NCBI GenBank assembly: GCA_964499685.1
Contig: CAZCLW010000008.1
Coordinates: forward strand, 3,784 to 61,664
DNA: 57,881 bases
Origin: an uncultured Planctomycetales bacterium
GTDB lineage: Bacteria > Omnitrophota > Gorgyraeia > Zapsychrales > GWA2-47-8
Direction of reading: 5' to 3'
Shown here: piece after piece, positions 19,081 through 26,812 of the stretch
Layout: each line of letters begins with the position of its first letter
Numbering within the stretch: position 1 is the first letter of the stretch
Position numbers and translations under genes: made by a program
The notes under the pieces: generated by a model
Told to the model about the DNA's origin: nothing
Seen by the model: only the letters and a program-made list of their open reading frames with translations
Database searches by the model: none

Positions 19081-19108
19081 CTCGAAAACACGTCTGTATA
19101 ATTTAAGA

Positions 19109-19324
19109 CTACAACTTAAACTTTTCGGTTCGCTTAACTGAAAATCTACTTTTTGCTATCTTTAATTCTTCTTCGACTGCGGTAAAGATTTTATCCATCT
19201 CGTCCTGACCATACTCGTAGTGATTCCGGTTTCCTAAGTTGCCAATCAAACGAATTTCATGTAAAAGTCGATCAACACGTTTCGGTGCAACTCTCTTGAA
19301 TTTTTGATGCGGTGTCTCTGTCAT
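19109..19324 (-). CDS. Small hypothetical protein (71 aa)
   Basis: Basic N-terminus (KFKRVAPKRVDRLL). No domain recognised. It lies between the two recombinase genes. Confidence 0.4.
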   Translation of the reverse strand: MTETPHQKFKRVAPKRVDRLLHEIRLIGNLGNRNHYEYGQDEMDKIFTAVEEELKIAKSRFSVKRTEKFKL

Positions 19325-19387
19325 TTATATTCTCCGTATAGCAGTTATATGGAGAATCTAAAGCATATATGATAACATGTCAAGAGT

Positions 19388-20161
19388 TTATTTTTGAACC
19401 CTTAAGAACAGGCGCCTACTGATAAGTGGCTGGTGAACGCCTTTCACTGAAATATCACCAAAAGAACTTTCACCACAATACAGGCTATTGCCCAACAAAT
19501 ACTTCAGGGAGTCGATTGAGAACTGCTTTCCCCTCTTGGAGACAACACCATGACGATTTAGAGATTTAATAATTCTTGTATAACTAAAACCTTTTGATCT
19601 CCACCTAAAGATTTTATCAACCCAATTGGATTCATTCTCATCAGGAATCAACACATCATCTAGTTTTCGATATCCAAAAGGAATGGGACCAGAACCTCGC
19701 TCCCCATTCTTAGCATTATTAATTCGCCCTTCTTTCAGCCTAGAGGCAATTACATCTTTTTCAAGCTCTGCGAAGATGTCGGCAATACGCTTAAAAGCTT
19801 TCTGCAAAGGATCTTCCATATCATAGTCAGGGTCGCAGACAGAATGCAGCTCAACATCATATTTCTTAAATTGAGTTTCAATCCATAAGGCAACAGTCAA
19901 CTCTCGACTTAGCCTGTCCTGCTTATAAACAATTACTCTTTTGACTTTACCGGATTCACAATCTTTAAGAAGCCCCAAGAGACCGGGCCTATCTTTGACC
20001 GCACCACTTATACCCCGATCTTCATAAAATACTTCAACCTCTAACTTATGCTCCTCACAGTATTCAATGATCTTACGCTTCTGGATTTCCAGACCGTCCC
20101 CATTTTCAACTTGATTTGCTGTAGAAACCCTCAAATATCCGACGATACCATTTGAATTCAT
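19388..20161 (-). CDS. Serine recombinase (resolvase catalytic domain plus recombinase domain, short form)
   Basis: 257 aa with GYLRVSTANQ (catalytic Ser), RGISGA, VIVYKQDRLSRE, then a recombinase-domain-like GPIPFGYRK...W..KIF. It lacks the long zinc-ribbon/coiled-coil tail of large serine integrases. Confidence 0.88.
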   Translation of the reverse strand: MNSNGIVGYLRVSTANQVENGDGLEIQKRKIIEYCEEHKLEVEVFYEDRGISGAVKDRPGLLGLLKDCESGKVKRVIVYKQDRLSRELTVALWIETQFKKYDVELHSVCDPDYDMEDPLQKAFKRIADIFAELEKDVIASRLKEGRINNAKNGERGSGPIPFGYRKLDDVLIPDENESNWVDKIFRWRSKGFSYTRIIKSLNRHGVVSKRGKQFSIDSLKYLLGNSLYCGESSFGDISVKGVHQPLISRRLFLRVQK

Positions 20162-20330
20162 ATAACACCTCTCTTTCTACAATAGTAGAACCATAATTTT
20201 AGCTAGGTGTCAAATATTGGCTTTGGAAGGAAGACGGAAACAAAGGTCTAAATTGTAGGAACTTACTGAGGGATAATCATTTAGATATAAAAAAGGAAAA
20301 GTTTTTTAGAAAAATCTTTAGTAAATATAA

Positions 20331-21518
20331 TTAAATAAGCTTCCTAATTTGATTTAGCTGACTTTTAAGCGACTTGCCACCAAGTATATTATCAAAATAT
20401 TTTTCTACGCCTCCATAATGGAACTTTATCCTGTCCTTCCCGAAAAAGTCAATATATCTAGTCACCGCAAAACATCTTTTCAAATCTTCACTGATCTTAT
20501 GCGGAGGCCTATCGCTTCCTCTTAGGACAACATCAATTACTACAGCAGGATTAACTGCTCTCCTCACTAATGTTCTAAAATGATAATCGGCCTCGGGCAA
20601 CGAGTAACCAATAAACACAATTTTATTGGCTTCGGATAACTCTACATAGGCATTGTTCCATACAGATTGAATATGAGTATTATCAAATATTTTTAAAAAC
20701 GTGGGCGTTATAATGAAAGATTCAAGGATTGGTTTCATATCTTTATTAAATTTATTGCAGTGTGTACAAATTCGCTTCTTTACATATAATTCCCACACAT
20801 TCTCAGTTGAGCCGAGACCTGTAAATAACTTTTCGCAATTGGGACATAGTAACCAATTTGTTGATCCATGCAATTTTAATAATTTGATATTATATACCCG
20901 TTTTGCTCTTTGCAAGATTGATGGAATATGTTTTGCTCGTTTGCCGACTTTAGAAGAATAGCAACAAAAATCGACACCTATCTTTCTATGTCCATTGACT
21001 GAAACAAGACAATGTTCTATCGAACTTTCAACTAACGAATCCCAGTTTAAAGATATAATACTGAATGGATCCTTTCTTAACCCTGCCTTCATCCTCTCAA
21101 TAATTAAATAAGCTGCAAATCTTCTGTAAAAATCATCTTTCTTTTCAGCATATTTATTAATCGCATTATGAAAAAGAATTAAAATTAATCGCTTCAAGGC
21201 GTCACGAGTATTATCTAAAGATCGCCAAGTATCGCCTAAACAATAATTTCTTTTTGCAATTGATTGATCCAAGAGGGTAAAAACATCTTCCAGCGGTGGG
21301 GTGGCATTGGAGGTAAATATTCTTTTCAAAAATTTCTCTACAAGCTGCTTATTTGGTAAAACCTCATTTGTTACCAAATCCAAATCTGGGCCACTTAAGA
21401 TATCGATGTCTAAATCAAAAACTTTCTTTAAAATCTGACGCTGAACCGGCACCTCCCCAGCGACTGAGAATCCAGCTCCTAAAATATATACGGTCTTTGA
21501 CGTTATAGTTTTTTTCAT
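20331..21518 (-). CDS. SIR2-like (SIR2_2 / defence-type sirtuin fold) protein with a CxxC...CxxC zinc ribbon
   Basis: 395 aa with YILGAGFS (Rossmann Gly loop), ISLNWDSLVE (the TTNYD-like motif of SIR2_2 proteins), LKLHGSTNWLLCPNC...CTHC (sirtuin-style HG plus Zn ribbon) and VFIGYSLPEADYH. Confidence 0.75.
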   Translation of the reverse strand: MKKTITSKTVYILGAGFSVAGEVPVQRQILKKVFDLDIDILSGPDLDLVTNEVLPNKQLVEKFLKRIFTSNATPPLEDVFTLLDQSIAKRNYCLGDTWRSLDNTRDALKRLILILFHNAINKYAEKKDDFYRRFAAYLIIERMKAGLRKDPFSIISLNWDSLVESSIEHCLVSVNGHRKIGVDFCCYSSKVGKRAKHIPSILQRAKRVYNIKLLKLHGSTNWLLCPNCEKLFTGLGSTENVWELYVKKRICTHCNKFNKDMKPILESFIITPTFLKIFDNTHIQSVWNNAYVELSEANKIVFIGYSLPEADYHFRTLVRRAVNPAVVIDVVLRGSDRPPHKISEDLKRCFAVTRYIDFFGKDRIKFHYGGVEKYFDNILGGKSLKSQLNQIRKLI

Positions 21519-21533
21519 TCTTTAACATTACCT

Positions 21534-22886
21534 TCAGAGCCCTTGAATAATTCGCGACCAAGTCCGACAATGCTCTACACTGATTGACTTCGAATGGTTG
21601 GCGAAAATCTGAATTGTATCATCAAGCGTGTCTAGAATATTCTGCTTTGTCATTGGCTGTCGATACTCTTTATGTTTCGACCACATGTAATGTGACACTG
21701 TTAATTTCTTTGTTTCGGGCAACGGGTACGATTTTCCACTCTTAGTGTTTCCAGTAATACCGTATTTTGCAAAATCAACTTCGGGGTCTGTTCTTATTAC
21801 TGCTCTACATTGCTTACAATCGCAAACTTTCTTAAAGTAGGAACCTACATTTTTGTTGCCTTCAACAATTCTTATCGCTCTAAAAGCGTCTCTATACAAC
21901 AATCTTGCATGAAGAGACGGAAAATAAAATTTTGCAGTTGGGAATCCTCCGCCAACAGGCACAACGCCTCGAGTTTCTCCATATTCCAAACTATGAGCGA
22001 CTCCTATCAAATTCTTGATAATTCCGCTTTTTCCTAAAGCTACAGAAAAATAACTACCATATAAATTAATGACGGGAGCCACCCTGCCGAGATGCTGAAG
22101 GAAATGAATAAATGCTTCTAAAGTTTTCTGATTGGCTTCTTGCTCTACAAGAGAATCGACCCAAATAAGAAAATAGTCGGGTCTGGTAGAACTGTATGCA
22201 TTTACCAACGTTCTCAGATTGCTTGGACTTGTCAGCAAGTCTTGCGATATTGTAATTTGAAGCGCTAATTTCTTATTAAACTTTTTAGATATACTTTTTG
22301 AAGCATTAGCACATTTAATATTTATATCAAGCCACTGTGCGACATTAGAAGGTCGAAGGAAAAAATATGGAGCAACCAACATGAGAGGCGTAAAGATTGA
22401 TTGGGTTTTTATATTAGAGTATTGATAATATGGAGTGGCATCTGATTTATTTATTTCATCCGATATTGCCCGCATCTGAAAAGTCAAGACCCTCTTACAA
22501 AAATCACTTAATATTTTCTTATTCCTAAAATCAGCTGGTTCTAATGGCCTCGATTGTTTCACAACACTACTTAAAACAGGCTCTCCGTAAACATCGATTA
22601 ACTTCTGAAGAGATAATTTAACTTTTCCGGATCTCATGCCGGACTTAGCGGTTATGTTTGCTATATCATGCTGAAAGGCGTGTGTTTGAGGGTCGATAAA
22701 ATACGGTTTATTTTTGGCTTTTATGGACAAGAAGGTAGCCAATGCACCTCGCATATATGCTAAAATACCAGCGTTGATGATGAGATCGTCATATGTACTA
22801 AGAAACTCCCCCAAAAGAAATTCCTGATCTCCAGCTGTGCCAAAACGCACTAAATGAGAACCCGATAGAGAGCTTTGCTTTTTCAA
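21534..22886 (-). CDS. 450-aa protein of unknown function, with a CxCxxC motif and possible TGT/DpdA-like TIM-barrel features
   Basis: A TTG start directly abuts the upstream TAG stop, with an AGAGGA RBS inside the upstream gene. It contains YFIDPQTHAFQ (compare the DSGGFQ / DSGAF strand-end Asp of TGT/DpdA) and VCDCKQC followed by downstream His residues (compare the TGT Zn site CxCxxC...H). This is motif-level resemblance only. Confidence 0.35.
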   Translation of the reverse strand: MKKQSSLSGSHLVRFGTAGDQEFLLGEFLSTYDDLIINAGILAYMRGALATFLSIKAKNKPYFIDPQTHAFQHDIANITAKSGMRSGKVKLSLQKLIDVYGEPVLSSVVKQSRPLEPADFRNKKILSDFCKRVLTFQMRAISDEINKSDATPYYQYSNIKTQSIFTPLMLVAPYFFLRPSNVAQWLDINIKCANASKSISKKFNKKLALQITISQDLLTSPSNLRTLVNAYSSTRPDYFLIWVDSLVEQEANQKTLEAFIHFLQHLGRVAPVINLYGSYFSVALGKSGIIKNLIGVAHSLEYGETRGVVPVGGGFPTAKFYFPSLHARLLYRDAFRAIRIVEGNKNVGSYFKKVCDCKQCRAVIRTDPEVDFAKYGITGNTKSGKSYPLPETKKLTVSHYMWSKHKEYRQPMTKQNILDTLDDTIQIFANHSKSISVEHCRTWSRIIQGL

Positions 22887-23306
22887 CTATGTCCTCTGAT
22901 TTGTTTTAAGATATTTTCTAAGATGAGAACGAGCCGTAGACCAAGTATCACTAGATTTGGGAGCTTCTAAAGCGATTTCAAATGGCCAGCTACCTTTTTC
23001 AGAATAAAATTTTAATCCTACGCCTGCTTCACTTAACGCTCTTTTCATCTCTTGCGTAATCTCTCGTTTTGGCATGCAAATATAGGCAAAATCAGCACCT
23101 AATCTATGATCAGATGATTGCTTTATCGCCCTACGCCAATCTTTGATCTTGAATTCAACTGTTATGATAAACTTATGCTTAATGTACACTAAATCCACCA
23201 TCCTTCCAAGAAAAGGGACTTCGCAACAAACCAAAAAAGAAGACATTCGTCTTATTTTCTTATAGGCTCCATTCACTATTCTTTTTTCGGTTGTTTTAGT
23301 AGCCAT
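22887..23306 (-). CDS. Small PD-(D/E)xK-like nuclease-fold protein (139 aa)
   Basis: I use the internal start MATKTTEKR at 23306, which has a GAGG RBS 8 nt upstream and lies 2 nt after the upstream stop. The core reads GRMVDLVYI...IITVEFKIKDW...QSSDH...YICMP, which fits a D...ExK nuclease motif. Confidence 0.5.
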   Translation of the reverse strand: MATKTTEKRIVNGAYKKIRRMSSFLVCCEVPFLGRMVDLVYIKHKFIITVEFKIKDWRRAIKQSSDHRLGADFAYICMPKREITQEMKRALSEAGVGLKFYSEKGSWPFEIALEAPKSSDTWSTARSHLRKYLKTNQRT

Positions 23307-23308
23307 GA

Positions 23309-23911
23309 TTAGGACCTCAGAATTTTGTCGCTTATCTTTGATTTCTCGGTCGTTTCTGGATACTTTGTGTATACGTATTTTAAAAGGGCAGTTAAAGAAA
23401 CACCTGCACAACGCTCCTTAAATTTGTCCAGTATTTCCCATTGACTTGAGTTGAATGTATCAACAAGTTTATCTTTAACAAAACTCTTTCCTTTTTGACT
23501 CAAAGAAAATTCCACAGAGTCCATTTTAGGATTGTCGGCCTCTACGACGCCTGAGTTTGCCTGCCAATACTTATATTCCGATTCTTCTTCTTGACTTGGT
23601 TTTCTATTGGCTAGACTCTTGGCGGTCACAAAATTCAAATTGACTAAAAACTCCAAATCAACATACACCTGCTCCGAAAATGGACCAAAGTCATGCGGGT
23701 CAAATTTAGGAAAAATATCATCCGGAACTGCTTGGCCTAGATTAAATTTCTTCCGTATCTCCTTATCAAAAAGAAAAACCATTTTCATTAATCGAGTACG
23801 GTCCTGTATAGGTTCACAGATTTTACCTTTATGCCCGCGAGCATATAATAAAACCATTATTAAGTCTTTCGTACTTGTTAGTTTACTCATTGCATTCACC
23901 CCAGTATTCAT
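23309..23911 (-). CDS. Panacea/SocA-like (DUF4065) wHTH protein
   Basis: 200 aa. The stretch RTRLMKMVFLFDKEI...FDPHDFGPFSEQVYVDLEFL resembles the DUF4065 pattern (LxKLLY..D...., then ...GP.S..vy..l). The start may be MSKLTS at 23890, which has a GGGGTGA RBS. Confidence 0.45.
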   Translation of the reverse strand: MNTGVNAMSKLTSTKDLIMVLLYARGHKGKICEPIQDRTRLMKMVFLFDKEIRKKFNLGQAVPDDIFPKFDPHDFGPFSEQVYVDLEFLVNLNFVTAKSLANRKPSQEEESEYKYWQANSGVVEADNPKMDSVEFSLSQKGKSFVKDKLVDTFNSSQWEILDKFKERCAGVSLTALLKYVYTKYPETTEKSKISDKILRS

Positions 23912-24063
23912 TTGATTTATAACTGATTATAATTCTAAGATTATACAAAATCAATACAACAAGCAAATATCACCCCGAGGGCAATATTTACCACACATAC
24001 AGTGAAAGTCTAATTATCCGCCTAGTAAATTACTCTCTGAGAGAGTGCTTGGGGTAAAATCTT

Positions 24064-24576
24064 TCAGGAAGACAGTTCTATGCTTGTAACCTTCCGTTCT
24101 GCTCTTTGTTGATACGCAGAATCCTTCAATCTTTCATAGATTTTCTTTGCTTCGGGGAGGCCTTGCAGATTAAGGGTGCGGTCTGATTTATCCAGCGAAG
24201 TTACGGCGATTGTTCCAGTCTTAAATATTCGATCCCAAATACCTTGCTTAAAGTTGATATCTTTAATTCTCCAGACATCAGAAGTCTCGTGATTTCGACT
24301 TAGAAGGCCTGTCGTCCGATCAATTATTTTTGATGTAATTTTATAATCTTCTGTATTGACATTAATCGCCAAGCCGATGAGAAAAAGCAATCCTAGCCCA
24401 TACACTGGAATGAAAAGAATACACAATATAAGAGGGGTCACATAACCCTTCCAAGATGCCTTACCCTCATACAGTACTTCTTCTTTCGATGGAGATGAGC
24501 TTAAATCCTTTTTACAATGTCTACAGAAAATTGCCTCATCTTGAATTTCCTCTGCACAGAAAGGACATTTTTTCAT
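24064..24576 (-). CDS. Zinc-ribbon, two TM helices and a bPH (DUF304-like) domain membrane protein
   Basis: 170 aa. N-terminal CPFCAEEI...CRHC ribbon, then two hydrophobic helices, then YKITSKIIDRTTGLLSRNHETSDVWRIKDINFKQGIWDRIFKTGTI, typical of membrane-flanked bacterial PH domains. Confidence 0.6.
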   Translation of the reverse strand: MKKCPFCAEEIQDEAIFCRHCKKDLSSSPSKEEVLYEGKASWKGYVTPLILCILFIPVYGLGLLFLIGLAINVNTEDYKITSKIIDRTTGLLSRNHETSDVWRIKDINFKQGIWDRIFKTGTIAVTSLDKSDRTLNLQGLPEAKKIYERLKDSAYQQRAERKVTSIELSS

Positions 24577-24668
24577 ATTACTCTCCTATTAAAGGGTTAG
24601 TCTAAATATGAAATTTTGTAGACGATAGTCTGTAGATATATAGCCTACAATGTGGGATTGTATATCCC

Positions 24669-24905
24669 ATGAGCAGTAAAGGCAAGATAAAAGTTGTTCC
24701 TGAGAAATTTGGACTTATAGTTCGCAGACGACGCCACAACCTCAATCTTTCTCAGGAAGAATTTGCCGAGAAGGCTGGTATCCATAGGACTTACGTCAGC
24801 GATATAGAACTCGGCAAGGTTGACATCAGCCTCACTGTTGCCACTAAGATCGCATCCGCTTTAAAAACGCCCCTCAGTTCTCTTCTCAAAGAATCAGAAC
24901 GATAA
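24669..24905 (+). CDS. XRE-family helix-turn-helix transcriptional regulator
   Basis: 78 aa with LNLSQEEFAEKAGIHRTYVSDIELGK, a classic Cro/CI HTH. It is divergent from the bPH gene. Confidence 0.88.
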   Translation: MSSKGKIKVVPEKFGLIVRRRRHNLNLSQEEFAEKAGIHRTYVSDIELGKVDISLTVATKIASALKTPLSSLLKESER

Positions 24906-25031
24906 CCCTCTAGTAGCCTCAACATTGAAATTTCAGAAATTAAAAAGGGAAAATCCTTTGCTAATTATTGAACGTGGCTACTAAGTCAAACTACGAAGTT
25001 CAGAGGCTATTCAGTTAGTCTTGCACAAACC

Positions 25032-26351
25032 CTAATAGCATTCCTTCCATGTCTTGCCTGAACGGATAGTAACAGGAAACTTGAGACCGTTGATCTCCAT
25101 CTCCATGATAGCTCTAATCTGAGCCTTGCTTTGCTCCAACAGATTATCTGAGACAGTGAACAGAATACCGTCGTGCAACATCGTATTGATAATAAACCCT
25201 GCTTGATGAAGACCAACCATGGCAAACTTAACAATATCAGCTGCGGTTCCCTGAATCTGGTGATTGACGACCCTGCGTTCTGCTTTCTTACTGGCTGAGA
25301 TGTTGGGAGAGTTAATGTCGAGAAGAAACCGCCTACGACCATAGAACGTGTCAGAATATCCAGAGACCCTTGCCTTTTCAATCTGTTCCATTTTGTAACG
25401 TTCAATCTCAGGAATATTTTTCTTATAAGCGTCCATTAACTTTTGGGCTTCGCCAGTTGTGATGTTAAGCTTCCGAGCAAGACCAACAGCTTCCTGACCG
25501 TATGATTGACCAAAATTGAGAGCCTTACCCAACTTCCTTTGGTTGTCAGTGACAGAGTGGTATGGAATACCTTTCATATCAGCCACAACTTTACGGTGAA
25601 GATCGAGACCAGTAGCCCAACAATTTTTAAAGTAAATGTCGTGGGCCAAAGCGGACAGAATCCTTAGCTCGAAAGAATCATAGTCCGCTAAAACAAAAGA
25701 ACAGCCTGAATCAGCATGGATAACATCTCTAGCCAGTTCTGGGATGGATTGAAAAGAATAATTCTTGGTATAGAGCCTACCGGATGGACAGGTATCGACA
25801 TAGCGACAGAATATCTTGCCAGTATCTTTGTTAGTAGCCTTGTGAATGGCCTTGAGTGATGAGAGTAAATCCTCTAACTCCCGATATTTAGTTATCTGAT
25901 CAGTAACAGGATTATTAATGTTACGCAGGATATATCTTGAAGTGGATGGACGACCTGACTTAGTTTTCTGAACTTTAACCGCTAACTTTGACAACAAAAT
26001 ATCTGCAACATCTTTGGAACTATTGAAGTTAATTTGGTCTGAAATCCCTAATACTTCACACAAATTCTGTCCTAATTCTGCTTTATGAAATTCTACTTTC
26101 CTGATGAGTACTTCCAGCTCGACTAGGTCAACGTTTAAACCTCTGTTTTCCATCGAGGCAATAACGTTCATCGTGTCCTGCTCTAAATCTTTTATCATCT
26201 GGCTGTGCATAGTAATTTCTTCGTAGTCCTCGTTTAGTAATATCAAGGGAGCGTTCCCCCGACCGCCCCCTTGATTAATAGATAAACCATCACGTTTTTT
26301 AGACGTCAAGAAAAATTTTTGAGCAAATAATTTACTCGTCGACATTTTCAT
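25032..26351 (-). CDS. Family A DNA polymerase, polymerase domain only, with no recognisable exonuclease domains
   Basis: 439 aa. Motif A is LADYDSFELRIL, motif B is RKLGKALNFGQSYG, then GRRR and NHQIQGTAADI. Motif C reads MLHDGILF (HDG instead of HDE). The start overlaps the Rep stop (ATGA). Confidence 0.88.
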   Translation of the reverse strand: MKMSTSKLFAQKFFLTSKKRDGLSINQGGGRGNAPLILLNEDYEEITMHSQMIKDLEQDTMNVIASMENRGLNVDLVELEVLIRKVEFHKAELGQNLCEVLGISDQINFNSSKDVADILLSKLAVKVQKTKSGRPSTSRYILRNINNPVTDQITKYRELEDLLSSLKAIHKATNKDTGKIFCRYVDTCPSGRLYTKNYSFQSIPELARDVIHADSGCSFVLADYDSFELRILSALAHDIYFKNCWATGLDLHRKVVADMKGIPYHSVTDNQRKLGKALNFGQSYGQEAVGLARKLNITTGEAQKLMDAYKKNIPEIERYKMEQIEKARVSGYSDTFYGRRRFLLDINSPNISASKKAERRVVNHQIQGTAADIVKFAMVGLHQAGFIINTMLHDGILFTVSDNLLEQSKAQIRAIMEMEINGLKFPVTIRSGKTWKECY

Positions 26352-26812
26352 TGATACCTTCGGCGAATAGTATATTTATCAAAATTAACAAAGGATGGCT
26401 TAATGTACTTGCTGGCAAGATACCAGCTACCGCTCGACTCTTTTTGATATGGTTCAACTTCTGCTCTTCCGAACATTCGGTACCATTTATCCTGAATTAT
26501 TGAACAACCTTCTGGTTTTATTCCGCTAGTTAGAAGATGAATATGGACGCCATTTCGTGGGTCTTGGCCCTCAAAAACCACAAATACTCTGACAGGGTCA
26601 GAGGTTTTATTTCTTTCTTTGGGAAGGTGGTATTTAATGAAACGCTTTAAATCTCTGACTGCAGTTGGAAGAAATGTAACTTTTCGAAAGGTGAATGTTA
26701 TCCATAAATCCCAATCAAAGGAAGAAATCCAATTCTCTAACGCGATGACTTTGGGGTCATTGATTCTGGGTTCTAAGTCTTCACCAATCTTTATTCTTCG
26801 GGGGAAATTCAT
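26348..26812 (-). CDS. HUH-superfamily rolling-circle replication initiator (Rep)-like protein
   Basis: 154 aa. Motif I-like WITFTF, motif II VHIHLL (H-hydrophobic-H), motif III-like WYLASKYIKP (Tyr-containing YxxxKY). Confidence 0.6.
   Translation of the reverse strand: MNFPRRIKIGEDLEPRINDPKVIALENWISSFDWDLWITFTFRKVTFLPTAVRDLKRFIKYHLPKERNKTSDPVRVFVVFEGQDPRNGVHIHLLTSGIKPEGCSIIQDKWYRMFGRAEVEPYQKESSGSWYLASKYIKPSFVNFDKYTIRRRYQ

Noticed and set aside
21690-21760. Walker A-like string GNTKSGKS near the C-terminus of the 450-aa protein
   Set aside because: It matches GxxxxGK[ST]. However, it lies about 65 residues from the C-terminus, in what looks like a loop between the CxCxxC motif and the downstream His residues, with no clear Walker B or preceding beta-strand. 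I treat it as chance, although a profile search should confirm this.
23307-23411. N-terminal 35-aa extension of the nuclease-like ORF (MCRCFFNCPF...)
   Set aside because: It overlaps the preceding gene by about 100 nt. The internal ATG at 23306 has a GAGG RBS and gives a 2-nt gap typical of coupled genes.
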